DNA of 31,025 nucleotides from an uncultured Gammaproteobacteria bacterium (GCA_964537265.1 CAZHZE010000009.1:1-31025), one strand, 5' to 3'; counted from the stretch's first letter, positions 1 through 10,063 are shown. Numbers and translations: made by a program. Notes: generated by a model from the letters alone, not told the origin.

Positions 1-42
1 CATGCCATGGAAGCGCTCTAGCCAACTGAGCTAATGGCCCAA
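1..42 (-). tRNA. partial tRNA, 5' half only; anticodon GGC, probably tRNA-Ala. The 3' half lies beyond the left edge of the window.
   Basis: The reverse complement of 1-42 reads GGGCCATTAGCTCAGTTGGCTAGAGCGCTTCCATGGCATG. This gives a 7-nt acceptor strand, TA, and a D-arm GCTC/AGTTGGCTA/GAGC. The anticodon stem CTTCC is followed by the loop ATGGCAT, putting GGC at positions 34-36. Confidence 0.45.
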
Positions 43-146
43 AAATTTATTTAATATTAGCTAAAAAAATATATTTAGTCTAATTTTAGCCAAATTAGCT
101 AATATTAGCCAAAAATATTAAAATATCTCCTAAACTTTACTTACTG

Positions 147-218
147 TGTCCCCGAGAGGAATCGAACCTCTATCTAGGGCTTAGGAGTCCCTTGTTCTAT
201 CCATTAAACTACGGGGAC
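147..218 (-). tRNA. tRNA-Arg(CCT), 72 nt, no encoded CCA
   Basis: The reverse complement reads GTCCCCG TA GTTT AATGGATA GAAC A AGGGA CTCCTAA GCCCT AGAT AGAGG TTCGATT CCTCT CGGGGAC A. This folds as a cloverleaf with anticodon CCT and a canonical TTCGATT T-loop. Confidence 0.8.
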
Positions 219-529
219 TAAAAACTTACGAAATACCATATCAACAATAAACACCTCTAAAATAATAAAGTATTTATATTATAAAATTTTAAAAAAATAA
301 ACACCAGCATCCGGCGTTTGGTTTTTACCCCCATTAAATAATGAATGGTAATTTCTGTTAATATTATATTCAAAGAATGATAAAATAGCAAATTAAACTA
401 AAATAAAATGAAAAATTAAATTTAGCGGTGTGAATATTCATAATAACTTAAATATTTTATTTTGACAAACTGGCTGGACTTACATAAAATTAGTATATCT
501 AAAATAGCTTAATAATTTATATATACTTT

Positions 530-919
530 ATGTTTAACAAACAAGCACAAGGAGAAATTTTTAATGAATTTGAGACCGTTATAGGACCATCGGTCAAAGT
601 CAAGGGGGATTTTAACGGCCAAGGCAATATTATTGTCGAAGGCATAGTTGACGGCAGCCTAAAAACTAATGGCAACCTAGAAGTTGGCAAAACTGCCAAA
701 ATAACCGCTGATGTAGAAGCTAAGGAAGCAAAAATTGGCGGACAAATTTCCGGCAATGTAAAAATCAAAGGTTTTCTTGAGGTTACGGCTACGGCAAAAA
801 TTTCCGGCGATATTGAAACTTCTGGTTTATCAATTGAACGCGGAGCTGTTTTTAATGGCAAATGCGTTATGGTTAACAGCGGATCTGAAGAAGTTAAAAA
901 AATAAGTAAAGAAAAATAA
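530..919 (+). CDS. bactofilin-family cytoskeletal protein (CcmA-like)
   Basis: The 129-aa product is repetitive and rich in Gly/Val/Ile/Asn, with the periodicity of the bactofilin beta-helix domain (examples: VKGDFNGQGNIIVEG, GSLKTNGNLEVG, AKIGGQISGNVKIKG). The antisense ORF at 517..861 is treated as spurious. Confidence 0.7.
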   Translation: MFNKQAQGEIFNEFETVIGPSVKVKGDFNGQGNIIVEGIVDGSLKTNGNLEVGKTAKITADVEAKEAKIGGQISGNVKIKGFLEVTATAKISGDIETSGLSIERGAVFNGKCVMVNSGSEEVKKISKEK

Positions 920-953
920 ACCGCAGTAAAAAGTTTTAAAATTTTATATCTCC

Positions 954-1703
954 ATGAACATTTTTATTTATGATTCTTTTTTGAATCAAAAAAAATATAA
1001 TAGTTTATTGGCTCGTTTAGAAACACGAATAACCGACTTAGAATTAAACGGAAAAATTTTCCGGCTAAGCCCGACTATTAATGTACAGGAAATAATTAAT
1101 AACGAACTCAAACGCGGAGCTAAAACAATTATAGCGGTTGGCAATAATAAACTTGTTAATCAAGTTATAAATTCTTTAGCCGGTAGCGATATCCCTTTAG
1201 GCATTATACCGATCGGGGAAGATAATAATGACATTGCTAAAAGCCTGGGCATTGAATCGGTTGAGTCGGCCTGTGATATTTTATCGGCCAGATTATTAAC
1301 TAAACTTGATTTAGGCTTAGCTAACGAAAACTATTTTTTATCTAATATTAGCATAAATAATCAAGGGACTGTAATTGATATGAATAAAAATTATACGATT
1401 GAAACATCAGATAAAGGGTTTATTTATGTGTTTAATTTAGCGAGTGAGCGAATAAAACTCCCGACGAAAGTAAAATTTATTCCTGACGATGGACTCTTAG
1501 AGTTAGTTGTTAATACTCGCGATAATAAAAAGATATTTTCCTCTAAAACCTACCAATCAATTTTTAAAATAAAAAAAATTACCATTCATAATTTAAAAAA
1601 TAATTTAATTTTAGATAATGCGATTTATATCCCGGCGCCAGCTGAAATAACGGTAGTAAAAAAATGCTTGAATGTCATAGTGGGAAAAAATAAAAAATTT
1701 TAG
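954..1703 (+). CDS. diacylglycerol-kinase-catalytic-domain (YegS/DAGK_cat) like lipid kinase homolog, with degenerate motifs
   Basis: The 249-aa product contains IIAVGNNKLVNQVINSL and LGIIPIGEDNNDIAKSLGI. These resemble the GGDGT and PLGTGNDFAR motifs of DAGK_cat lipid kinases, but the glycine-rich motif is altered to GNNKL. Confidence 0.5.
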   Translation: MNIFIYDSFLNQKKYNSLLARLETRITDLELNGKIFRLSPTINVQEIINNELKRGAKTIIAVGNNKLVNQVINSLAGSDIPLGIIPIGEDNNDIAKSLGIESVESACDILSARLLTKLDLGLANENYFLSNISINNQGTVIDMNKNYTIETSDKGFIYVFNLASERIKLPTKVKFIPDDGLLELVVNTRDNKKIFSSKTYQSIFKIKKITIHNLKNNLILDNAIYIPAPAEITVVKKCLNVIVGKNKKF

Positions 1704-1755
1704 AGTAAAATAAAAAAACAGGCCTATAAAATAAGTCTGTTTTTTTTATATAATT

Positions 1756-2472
1756 TTATATTTTCTCTTTTTGTTTAAACAAATATAATTGTTGTAAAGC
1801 CGTTAACACGGTAGTGATCAACCAATATAGCGCTAGGCCTCCAGGAAAAGACAAACCGATAAAAACCGTTAACGCCGGCATAATATAAAGCATTTGTTTA
1901 TTCATCATCGCCATCATATCTTCATCTTTACTGGCTTCATTTTTAACTTCCGGTCGTTTAGTGGTCATCATTTTAGCTTGCCAAAATTGCGCTAAACCGG
2001 CTAAAACAGCTAACACAACATTAGGCTTGGCTAAATCTATAAAACCAAAAGATATGGTATTAATAGTTTCCGGACGATAAACAAAAGAATAAACAAAATT
2101 AAGATAGTGTCCACTTAATCCATCTCTAAAAACCATAAAAACTGCCCATAAAAAGGGGAGTTGTATTAAAAGAGGAAGACACGAAGAAAATGGATTTACT
2201 TTTTCTTCTTTATATAATTGCATCATTGCTCTGCCCTGTTCTTCTTTATTATTAGCATATTTTTTCTTAATTTCCTCTATTTTAGGTTGTAGTTCCTGTA
2301 AAGATTTTTGCGATTTTATTGACTGTTTTGACAATGGCAGTAAAACCAATTTTATAATAACGGTCATAATAATAATAGCTAAGCCAATATCATGACCAGG
2401 TATAATGTTATATAAAAAAATCAATAAATTAAGTATTGGTTGATAAAAAATAAGGTTAAAAATTGCTGACAT
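1756..2472 (-). CDS. yidC: membrane protein insertase YidC (short form)
   Basis: The 238-aa product is multi-TM and its C-terminal region (GGLALYWLITTVLTALQQ) matches the YidC/Oxa1 family. It sits in the conserved rpmH-rnpA-yidD-yidC context. Confidence 0.9.
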   Translation of the reverse strand: MSAIFNLIFYQPILNLLIFLYNIIPGHDIGLAIIIMTVIIKLVLLPLSKQSIKSQKSLQELQPKIEEIKKKYANNKEEQGRAMMQLYKEEKVNPFSSCLPLLIQLPFLWAVFMVFRDGLSGHYLNFVYSFVYRPETINTISFGFIDLAKPNVVLAVLAGLAQFWQAKMMTTKRPEVKNEASKDEDMMAMMNKQMLYIMPALTVFIGLSFPGGLALYWLITTVLTALQQLYLFKQKEKI

Positions 2473-2485
2473 AAAAATAAATTAT

Positions 2486-2734
2486 TTATTTAAGAGGATC
2501 AAAGCCTCCTGGATTAAATGGATTACAACGTAAAATTCGCCAAAAAGCTTTAATACCGCCTTTAATAAAACCATACTTTTCTACAGCTTGAATGGCATAT
2601 TCTGAGCAAGTTGGACGAAAACGACAAAAACCATGTGGATACAAAAATTTAAAAAAACCATGATCAAAAGAAAGTGTTTTTTGATAAAGTCTTAAAATTT
2701 TTATAGCAATATAGCGCGGATAAAACTTAAGCAT
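2486..2734 (-). CDS. yidD: membrane protein insertion efficiency factor YidD
   Basis: The 82-aa product carries the [11 protein letters not shown] motif typical of YidD. Its position between rnpA and yidC is the usual one. Confidence 0.85.
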   Translation of the reverse strand: MLKFYPRYIAIKILRLYQKTLSFDHGFFKFLYPHGFCRFRPTCSEYAIQAVEKYGFIKGGIKAFWRILRCNPFNPGGFDPLK

Positions 2735-2735
2735 G

Positions 2736-3086
2736 TTATTTTTTTGTTTTAAATAGCTTTAGGGTGAATAGCGATCTTTCTATCTCGCTTTTTATAAAAG
2801 CATATTTTTGGTTCAATGTTGCTGGCGAAACTATTATAACTAGATCAACACCGTTATTAATTTCTTTATCAAAATTTTTAATTATAGTTCTAATTTGTCT
2901 TTTAAGTTTATTTCTTACAACTGCTTTTTTGCTAACTTTAGTGCTAATTACAATACCATAACGATTAAATTTAAAACCATTAATAGAGGTCTTTACCTTA
3001 AACATCCTGGAAGAAAAAGATTTTCCCAGCTTAAAAACTTTTTTAAAATCTTTATCTTTTGTAAGACGAAATTTTTTAACTAACAT
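2736..3086 (-). CDS. rnpA: ribonuclease P protein component
   Basis: The 116-aa product is basic and carries the RNase P protein signature region ([12 protein letters not shown]...[14 protein letters not shown]). It lies immediately downstream of rpmH. Confidence 0.85.
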   Translation of the reverse strand: MLVKKFRLTKDKDFKKVFKLGKSFSSRMFKVKTSINGFKFNRYGIVISTKVSKKAVVRNKLKRQIRTIIKNFDKEINNGVDLVIIVSPATLNQKYAFIKSEIERSLFTLKLFKTKK

Positions 3087-3143
3087 AAATAAAACACAAA
3101 ATGGTTAAAATTTACTTAACCGGCTAAAAATAGTATGCAACTT

Positions 3144-3284
3144 TTATTTGGTTAATTTTTTTCTGCCTTTAGCTCTTCTTCTTCTTATTACATTGCGTCC
3201 ATTTTTTGTTTGCATTCTTTTTCTAAAACCATGTTTCTTTTTAGCTCTTCTTTTGTTTGGTTGGTAAGTTCTTTTTGTTGACAT
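3144..3284 (-). CDS. rpmH: 50S ribosomal protein L34
   Basis: I translated this myself from the minus strand: [46 protein letters not shown], 46 aa. It matches the L34 consensus (KRTYQP..KR...HGFR.RM.T..GR.V...RR.KGR) and is absent from the ORF track because it is under 60 aa. Confidence 0.88.
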   Translation of the reverse strand: MSTKRTYQPNKRRAKKKHGFRKRMQTKNGRNVIRRRRAKGRKKLTK

Positions 3285-3486
3285 AAAATTATTTACCCTA
3301 TTAAAAATTTCTCTTGTTAAAAATTTAATACTGAAAAATTATTCAACAGGGGAATATACTTAATAAAAAAATAAATATTTAGATTTATCTCAAATAAAAC
3401 ATAACATTTTAACTTTTTAAAGTCAAACAAAAAAAATTTATTAGGCTAATTTTTACTATAAAACTATAAAAAATTTTTTCCACCAT

Positions 3487-3495
3487 TTATTCACA
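3487..3495 (+). promoter_or_regulatory. DnaA-box-like 9-mer TTATTCACA, 8/9 match to TTATCCACA, in the rpmH-dnaA divergent intergenic region
   Basis: The sequence ttattcaca lies about 145 nt upstream of the dnaA start. It is the only near-consensus box I see in this 353-nt spacer. Confidence 0.3.
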
Positions 3496-3637
3496 ACTTG
3501 TAAACACAATTGTCTATTTTATATTTATAATTTAGCTGTTATAATGCCTATTGCAATAAGTTCTTCAATTGTTTAATATTAATTTTATATTATTTTGTTA
3601 TATAAAAAATTAACATAAATCATAATTTTCTCATGCT

Positions 3638-4984
3638 ATGAATAATGAGCAACTTTGGCAAGCCGTTTTAGGTGAAATTGAATTAAGTTTATCTAAAGCC
3701 AACTTCACCACCTGGTTTAAAAACACTTTTATTTCTTCTATTGAAAACAGCCGGGCAATTATTTGTGTGCCAAACACTTTTACTAAGGCTTGGTTAGAAA
3801 AAAAATACCACAAAGAAATATGTGGCGCCTTTAAAAATGTTGGCTCAGCAGAAATTAAAGAAATTATTTATAAAGTTGAGGCTAAAAAAGAATTGGTTTC
3901 GGATAATTTAATAAAAAAATTTAAAAACGAAAGTGTTGTTGAAATAAAACCGAAAACTCTTAACCGCTTTGGTCTTAATAATCGATATATTTTTGAAAAT
4001 TTTATTGTGGGAAAAAATAATGAATTAGCCCATGCAGCCTGCCAGGCGGTTTCAGCCAACCCAGGCCATGCTTATAATCCTCTTTTTATTTATGGCGGGG
4101 TTGGGTTGGGAAAAACTCATCTCTTGCAAGCTATCGGCCACGAATTATCTAAAAAAACCGATAAAATTTTATATGTTTCTTCTGAAAAATTTACAAACGA
4201 CTATGTCCACGCAGTTAGAAATGGCCAAGCCAAAGAATTTAAAGATCATTATCGAAATGTTGATTTATTGCTAATTGATGATATTCATTTCATGGGCGGC
4301 AAAGATGGAACTCAAGAAGAATTCTTCCATACTTTTAACGAATTACACCAAACTAATAAACAAATAGTAATTTCTTCTGACCGACCGCCTAAAGCTATAC
4401 CGGCCTTAGAAAAAAGATTGCTTTCCCGCTTTGAATGGGGGATGATAGCCGATATAGGCTCTCCGGATTTAGAAACTAGAATAGCCATTTTAGAAACTAA
4501 ATGTCGAGAAAAAAATTATAAATTAGAAAGAGAAATTTTGGCTTACATTGCTAATAATATCACTAATAATATCCGCGAATTAGAAGGAGCTTTAAATCGC
4601 TTAATCGCTTATTACGAATTTAATAATTCTTTGCCTTCCTTAGACTCTACTAAAAGTATTTTAGCTGGCATAATCTCTAATTTTCAATCTAAATCAACTA
4701 CGCCTAAAACCATTATTGAAGCGGCGGCCAGGTTTTTTGATATTAATGTTAAAGATTTGATCGGCCAAAGCAGAAAAAAAGAATTAGTCGTGCCCAGACA
4801 AATTGTTATGTATTTAATGCGCAAAGAAATTAACGCCTCTTATCCATCTATCGGCCAAGAGTTGGGCGGACGAGACCATACTACAGCTATGCACGCATTT
4901 AATAAAATTGAACGCGAATCACAAGAGGATGAAAAAATAAAACAACACATAGATTCTATAAAACAAGTTCTTTATAGTAGTTAA
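3638..4984 (+). CDS. dnaA: chromosomal replication initiator protein DnaA
   Basis: The 448-aa product has the Walker A motif GGVGLGKTHL, Walker B LLIDDIHF and a sensor region. The C-terminal DNA-binding domain includes VPRQIVMYLMRK...HTTAMHA. Divergent from rpmH and followed by dnaN. Confidence 0.95.
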   Translation: MNNEQLWQAVLGEIELSLSKANFTTWFKNTFISSIENSRAIICVPNTFTKAWLEKKYHKEICGAFKNVGSAEIKEIIYKVEAKKELVSDNLIKKFKNESVVEIKPKTLNRFGLNNRYIFENFIVGKNNELAHAACQAVSANPGHAYNPLFIYGGVGLGKTHLLQAIGHELSKKTDKILYVSSEKFTNDYVHAVRNGQAKEFKDHYRNVDLLLIDDIHFMGGKDGTQEEFFHTFNELHQTNKQIVISSDRPPKAIPALEKRLLSRFEWGMIADIGSPDLETRIAILETKCREKNYKLEREILAYIANNITNNIRELEGALNRLIAYYEFNNSLPSLDSTKSILAGIISNFQSKSTTPKTIIEAAARFFDINVKDLIGQSRKKELVVPRQIVMYLMRKEINASYPSIGQELGGRDHTTAMHAFNKIERESQEDEKIKQHIDSIKQVLYSS

Positions 4985-5243
4985 TAAACCGGTGGAAAAA
5001 AACAAATTAACTGTTAATAATTTATTAAATTTTTTAAAACCAAAAAAATTAACCCCAACCAATTAACACATTAAACAAAAAATCCCACACCCAACACACA
5101 ACCACCAACCACAAAACAACCAACAAACACAACACATAACAAAAAATATTAACTTATTAACTCACCTTATTATTACTATTAGTTTTTAAAATATATAAAT
5201 AATTAAAAATAATTAACAACTCTTAATTTGTTAATAAAAAAAT

Positions 5244-6395
5244 ATGGCCAACCAAAATTCTAATGGATTAAAAATATTTAGTTTGCAAGAAAATTTAAAA
5301 CAAGGCTTAGCGCTGGTTAGTCATATTTCTGGTAAAAATATTAATTTACCAATATTAAATAATGTTTTAATAAAAGCAGAAGATGGAAAAATTAAATTAA
5401 TAAGCACAAATTTAGAGGTTGGGATAATAAGTTCTGTTCGCGGAAAAATTGAAAAAGAAGGTGTTTTTACGGTTAATGCTAAAATTATATCTGATTGTAT
5501 AAGCCTTTTACCAAATAAAAAAATAGGGTTAGAACAAAGCGGGACAGATTTTTTAGTAGATTGTGAAAACTATCAAGTTAAAGTAAGGGGTCAATCAGCC
5601 GAGGAATTTCCTTTAATCCCAGAGGTGGATAAAAAAAATTATTTTAGCGCGCAAGCCGAGGAAATAAAACAGGCTATCTCTCAGGTTATTTTTGCCACCG
5701 CCACTAGTGAAACAAGGTTAGAGTTGTCTGGTGTTTTATTTGTTTTTACTGCAAATTATTTAACTATGGTAGCAACAGATAGTTATCGTTTGGCAGAAAA
5801 AAAAGTAAAAATAAAATCTAATAGCGAAGAAGATAAAAAAATTATTGTACCGGCAAAAACTTTACAGGAGTTATTGAGAATTTTATCTTTAGGTTTAGGA
5901 GATGAAGTAGAAGATAAAAATCAAGAAATAAAATTTTATATTTCAGAAAATCAAATTTTATTTACTTATGGTTCGACCGAATTGGTTTCGCGATTAATTG
6001 AAGGTCAATACCCCGATTATCAACAAATTATTCCTACTAATAGTAAAACAAAAGTTTCTATTAATCAGCAGGAGTTGACTAGAGCTGTAAAAATGGCTTC
6101 TTTATTTTCTAAAACCGGAGTGAATGATGTTAATTTAGATTTTCCTGCCGGTAAAAACCAAGTGGTGATTTCTTCTGTTTCCGGACAAACCGGCGAAAAT
6201 ATAACTAATTTAGAAGCTAAAGTTTCCGGCGATGACAATGGTATGGTTATTAATTATCGTTATCTTTTAGAAGGTTTAAATAATATGGAAAAAGAAATGA
6301 TAAAAATTGATATAATAGATAGTAACACTCCTTGCTTAATTAGACCCGAACAAGATGAAAGTTATTTATATATTATCATGCCTATAAAACAATAA
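5244..6395 (+). CDS. dnaN: DNA polymerase III beta sliding clamp
   Basis: The 383-aa product lies immediately downstream of dnaA and has the three-domain clamp architecture (N-terminal LKQGLALVSHISGKNINLPILNNVLIKA; C-terminal NYRYLLEGL). Confidence 0.9.
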   Translation: MANQNSNGLKIFSLQENLKQGLALVSHISGKNINLPILNNVLIKAEDGKIKLISTNLEVGIISSVRGKIEKEGVFTVNAKIISDCISLLPNKKIGLEQSGTDFLVDCENYQVKVRGQSAEEFPLIPEVDKKNYFSAQAEEIKQAISQVIFATATSETRLELSGVLFVFTANYLTMVATDSYRLAEKKVKIKSNSEEDKKIIVPAKTLQELLRILSLGLGDEVEDKNQEIKFYISENQILFTYGSTELVSRLIEGQYPDYQQIIPTNSKTKVSINQQELTRAVKMASLFSKTGVNDVNLDFPAGKNQVVISSVSGQTGENITNLEAKVSGDDNGMVINYRYLLEGLNNMEKEMIKIDIIDSNTPCLIRPEQDESYLYIIMPIKQ

Positions 6396-6474
6396 ATTTA
6401 AAAGTTTATAAAAAATACCTCGCTTATTAAAGCGGGGTATTTTTATTGAAAAAGTTTAAAAGCAATTTTAATTA

Positions 6475-9432
6475 TTATTGAGAAGTTGCTGGAGTGGTGG
6501 TTGCGTTTATTGTAGATAAGTTATTAACATTAATAGAAATTTCTTTACTAGTATCTATCTGCCCATGCCAACCATGAGCTTCGGCGTAAATTTTATAAGA
6601 ACCGGCATTTAAAATTTTTGTTATTTGCGCCTCAGCTATTTTATCTATTATTTGGCTTTGGGCTATCTGTTGCGTGTTGCCACTTGAATCTTTTAAATAG
6701 AAGATAACCGCGGCTGTTTGTTCTGGGTTGGTCACTTCAGCTTTTATTGTTAAAGGAAAATCATATTTTAAAATATTTGTCTCGTTGGTTGGTTGAATTA
6801 TTGTCGCGCTTATTTTGCTGGTTTTCGGTCGGCTGTTTCTTATTAAATTAAATTCTATTTTTTGTTCAGAACAATTATCAACATCATCACAAGCTCGCGC
6901 AGTTAATGTGTGGTAACCATTAATTAAAGAGCTAACCGATTTATTAAGATTAAAGGGGGCGGTGGTTACGGTACTAAATAAATAACCATCAATATAATAT
7001 TCAACCCTATTAACTCCGCGCGTAGCCGTAGTGCTAACTTTTACATCTAGTGTTTGTCCGGGCAAAGTTTGTTTATTATTTGGATAGTCTATAGAAATTA
7101 CCGGGTTTAATTCTGGGCGATGAACATTATCATATTCAGTCGGCGGAGCAGCATTGATAATGCCTTGTTTTTTCGCCCATTCTTGGACGGCATTTTCCCA
7201 TAAATCAAATTGGGGGTCGCTTTTGGGGTTAGAAGGAATTTCACCACGCGGATCATCTTTGTTGACATAATATAAAATACAATGAGTTTGTTTAAATTGT
7301 TTTTCTATAATGGCGCTGGCCGGAGTAAATTCATTGGCTAAGAGTCCGGAAAATTTATCAATTTTAACCGTAGTCTCAGGATCGGTTACGCCGTCTAATA
7401 TAGGCTTACCGGTTGGAGCGTTTTCCGGGGCGTTAAAATATTCAATTGGAGTATTACCTAAAACTTTCGCCATATAATCATGCCAAATTGGTGCAGCTAC
7501 CACCGAACCATCTGCGCCGCGTTTCATTTCTTTATTATTGTTGTTGCCAACCCAAACCCCAGTAACTATGGATGGAGTATAGCCAATCGTCCAAGCGTCT
7601 CGATAATCATTGGTTGTTCCGGTTTTAGCCGCAACCGGGCGCGATCCTAAAGTTAACATATTGTTTGCGCCAAAAACATAAGCTCTGGCATTGTTATCTG
7701 ATAAAATACTATTGGTTAAGCGGGCAATTTTTGGTTCTAAAATTTTTTCATCTTGATTTTTAAATTCTTCTAAAATATTTCCGTCTTTATCTTCAATTTT
7801 TAAAATAACAGAAATTGGATGTTTAATACCTTCACGGGCAAAGGCGCTAAAAGCATTAGTATGCTCTAAGAGCTTTACTTCGCCGCCGCCTAAAACTAAA
7901 GACAAACCAAACCTGTCCCTATCGTTTAGCGTTGTATAGCCTAAACTTTGTGCCAGATTTAAAACATTGTTAATGCCGGTTAAATAAATAGCTTTAACAG
8001 CCGGTATATTTAAAGAACCGGCTAAAGCTTGCCTAATGGTTACTGGGCCATGTTCTTTTAAATCGTAATTATGAGGCTCATAAGGGTTAGCCGGATCAGT
8101 AGAAAATTTTGTTACCACATCGTAAAGCACGGTGTCTGGCGTATAGCCTTTTACAAAAGAAGCTGTATAAACAATTGGTTTAAAAGATGAGCCTGGTTGG
8201 CGTGGTTGCAAAGCTACGTTTACTTGTCCGTCAATATCATCATTAAAATAATCACGTGAGCCAACCATAGCCAATATTTGCCCTGTTTTTGGGTCAATTG
8301 AAACTAGGGCTGCGTTAGTGGCTTGATAATTTTTTTCATTATTAGTAGCTTTTTCATTAATTACTTCCTCAGCAATTTTTTGCTTATATAAATCTAAAGT
8401 AGTATAAATTTTTAACCCGCCTTGCTCGATCATTTTTTCTCCATATTTATCGGCTAACAATTCTTTTACATACATAATAAAATGAGGCGCTATCATATTG
8501 TCAGATCTTTGTTTAAAAACTAAAGTTGTCTTTTTAGCTTCAGCGGCTTGATCTTTTGTTATATAGCCATATTTAGCCATTAAATCTAAAATATATTGTT
8601 GTCTGGCGATTAACAAATCTTTATGCGAACCAAAAGGAGAATAGCGCGTTGGCGCTTGCGGTATGGCGGCTAAAATCGCCGCTTCAGCCAAATTTATATC
8701 ACGTACGTTTTTGCCAAAATAAAGCTGGCTAGCAGCCTCAACGCCATAAGCGGTCGAGCCGTAAGGTATTTCATTAAAATACATTTGCAAAATTTCATCT
8801 TTGGAAAATTTCTTTTCTATGCGATAAGCTAAAATAATTTCTTTAGCTTTTCTAATAAAAGATTTTTCATTGGTTAAAATGGCGTTTTTAACAAATTGTT
8901 GAGTTAAGGTTGAGCCGCCGGCTTTTTTACCAAATAAAATATCAGTAACAATGGTTCTAAAAATTGCCCAAAGGCTAAAACCTTTGTGTTTATAAAAATC
9001 TTTATCTTCAATAGAAATAGTGGCATTTTTTACATTTTCCGGTATATCTTTTAAATTAACTAAGGTCCTTTTTTGTTCGCCATAGATATCATAAAGAATA
9101 GTTTGTCCGCTACGATCATAAATTTTTGTGCTTTGGGCGATTTGTCGTTCAGTCAAACGATTAGGGTCTGGCAAACCATGGGATAACCATAAAAATCCAG
9201 CATAACCAAAAACAAACAAAGCTAAAAGGCCTATAAATATATTTTTAGGCGTTAAAAATTTGGATATATATTTATTAATATATTTATTTTTGCCGTTTGT
9301 ATATTGTTTAACGATTGTCCGGCTGCTAAAATTTGAAGAAGTTCTTTTAAATTTATTAAAAAAACTATTTTTTTTAGACCGGCGCCAACCTTGAGGAGAT
9401 TTTATATGATTTGAAGAATATGAAGCAGACAT
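6475..9432 (-). CDS. class A penicillin-binding protein (PBP1A-like transglycosylase/transpeptidase) with a long C-terminal extension
   Basis: The 985-aa product has an N-terminal TM, GT51 motifs (EDKDFYKHKGF, GGSTLTQQ), and transpeptidase motifs (SSFKP, SLN, KTGTT). About 250 C-terminal residues look beta-rich. Confidence 0.9.
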   Translation of the reverse strand: MSASYSSNHIKSPQGWRRSKKNSFFNKFKRTSSNFSSRTIVKQYTNGKNKYINKYISKFLTPKNIFIGLLALFVFGYAGFLWLSHGLPDPNRLTERQIAQSTKIYDRSGQTILYDIYGEQKRTLVNLKDIPENVKNATISIEDKDFYKHKGFSLWAIFRTIVTDILFGKKAGGSTLTQQFVKNAILTNEKSFIRKAKEIILAYRIEKKFSKDEILQMYFNEIPYGSTAYGVEAASQLYFGKNVRDINLAEAAILAAIPQAPTRYSPFGSHKDLLIARQQYILDLMAKYGYITKDQAAEAKKTTLVFKQRSDNMIAPHFIMYVKELLADKYGEKMIEQGGLKIYTTLDLYKQKIAEEVINEKATNNEKNYQATNAALVSIDPKTGQILAMVGSRDYFNDDIDGQVNVALQPRQPGSSFKPIVYTASFVKGYTPDTVLYDVVTKFSTDPANPYEPHNYDLKEHGPVTIRQALAGSLNIPAVKAIYLTGINNVLNLAQSLGYTTLNDRDRFGLSLVLGGGEVKLLEHTNAFSAFAREGIKHPISVILKIEDKDGNILEEFKNQDEKILEPKIARLTNSILSDNNARAYVFGANNMLTLGSRPVAAKTGTTNDYRDAWTIGYTPSIVTGVWVGNNNNKEMKRGADGSVVAAPIWHDYMAKVLGNTPIEYFNAPENAPTGKPILDGVTDPETTVKIDKFSGLLANEFTPASAIIEKQFKQTHCILYYVNKDDPRGEIPSNPKSDPQFDLWENAVQEWAKKQGIINAAPPTEYDNVHRPELNPVISIDYPNNKQTLPGQTLDVKVSTTATRGVNRVEYYIDGYLFSTVTTAPFNLNKSVSSLINGYHTLTARACDDVDNCSEQKIEFNLIRNSRPKTSKISATIIQPTNETNILKYDFPLTIKAEVTNPEQTAAVIFYLKDSSGNTQQIAQSQIIDKIAEAQITKILNAGSYKIYAEAHGWHGQIDTSKEISINVNNLSTINATTTPATSQ

Positions 9433-9545
9433 AAAGATTGTAAATATAAAAAATTATACCAGTTTTTAACTTATCTAGCAATTTTAGTAATACAATTTTA
9501 AATATATAAAAATTTATTATTAAACTATTGGCTGGCTTTTAATTT

Positions 9546-9557
9546 TTGTGGTAAAAT
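9546..9557 (+). promoter_or_regulatory. extended -10 element TGTGGTAAAAT upstream of the first pilin-like gene
   Basis: The element tgtggtaaaat lies about 95 nt upstream of the ATG at 9652. A strong RBS, gaagggaggtg, sits 6 nt before the start. Confidence 0.35.
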
Positions 9558-9651
9558 ATAAGTAATGTTAATAACCTATATTAATTAAAATTCGCATAAT
9601 GTCATGAATAATTTTTTATGCCTTTATGCTTTAATTGAAGGGAGGTGAAAA

Positions 9652-10059
9652 ATGAAAAAATCATTATTTAAAAAAGCAGTATTATTGGCCATGTCCGTTT
9701 TTGTTTTAATGCCTGTTTTAACTTTTGCTTTGCCGGTTGCAGCCGAAGATTTAAATCCTTGGGGCACTGACACTTTAAAAGAGAATGTTCAAAGCGAAAC
9801 AGGTTTAGGAGACAGAGATCCTCGCGATATCGCTGCTTCAGTGATTCGTGTTATTTTAGGATTTTTAGGCATTGTGGCCGTAATTATAATTTTATTAGGT
9901 GGTTTTAAATGGATGACTGCCGGCGGCAACGAAGATAAAGTTGGTGAAGCTAAAAAATTAATCATGGCCGGTGTTATCGGCTTGGTAATTATTGTGGCGT
10001 CTTTCGCTATTGCTACTTTTGTTTTAGATTCATTAATTAGTGCTACCAGCCAAAGTTAA
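9652..10059 (+). CDS. small secreted/membrane pilin-like protein (T4SS-pilin/TrbC-VirB2-like family expanded in CPR), paralog 1
   Basis: The 135-aa product has a signal peptide and a variable N-terminal segment. Its conserved C-terminal block is ILGFLGIVAVIIILLGGFKWMTAGGNEDKVGEAKKLIMAGVIGLVIIVASFAIATFV, a two-TM hairpin motif shared by nine ORFs in this window. Confidence 0.8.
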   Translation: MKKSLFKKAVLLAMSVFVLMPVLTFALPVAAEDLNPWGTDTLKENVQSETGLGDRDPRDIAASVIRVILGFLGIVAVIIILLGGFKWMTAGGNEDKVGEAKKLIMAGVIGLVIIVASFAIATFVLDSLISATSQS

Positions 10060-10063
10060 TATT

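Noticed and set aside
517-861. 114-aa minus-strand ORF overlapping the bactofilin gene
   Set aside because: It lies antisense to a gene with a recognisable family signature, has a Pro/Ser/Thr-rich low-complexity translation typical of an antisense shadow ORF, and has no RBS.
2764-3083. Two plus-strand ORFs (65 and 62 aa) inside rnpA
   Set aside because: They are antisense to rnpA and hydrophobic low-complexity products of AT-rich antisense reading.
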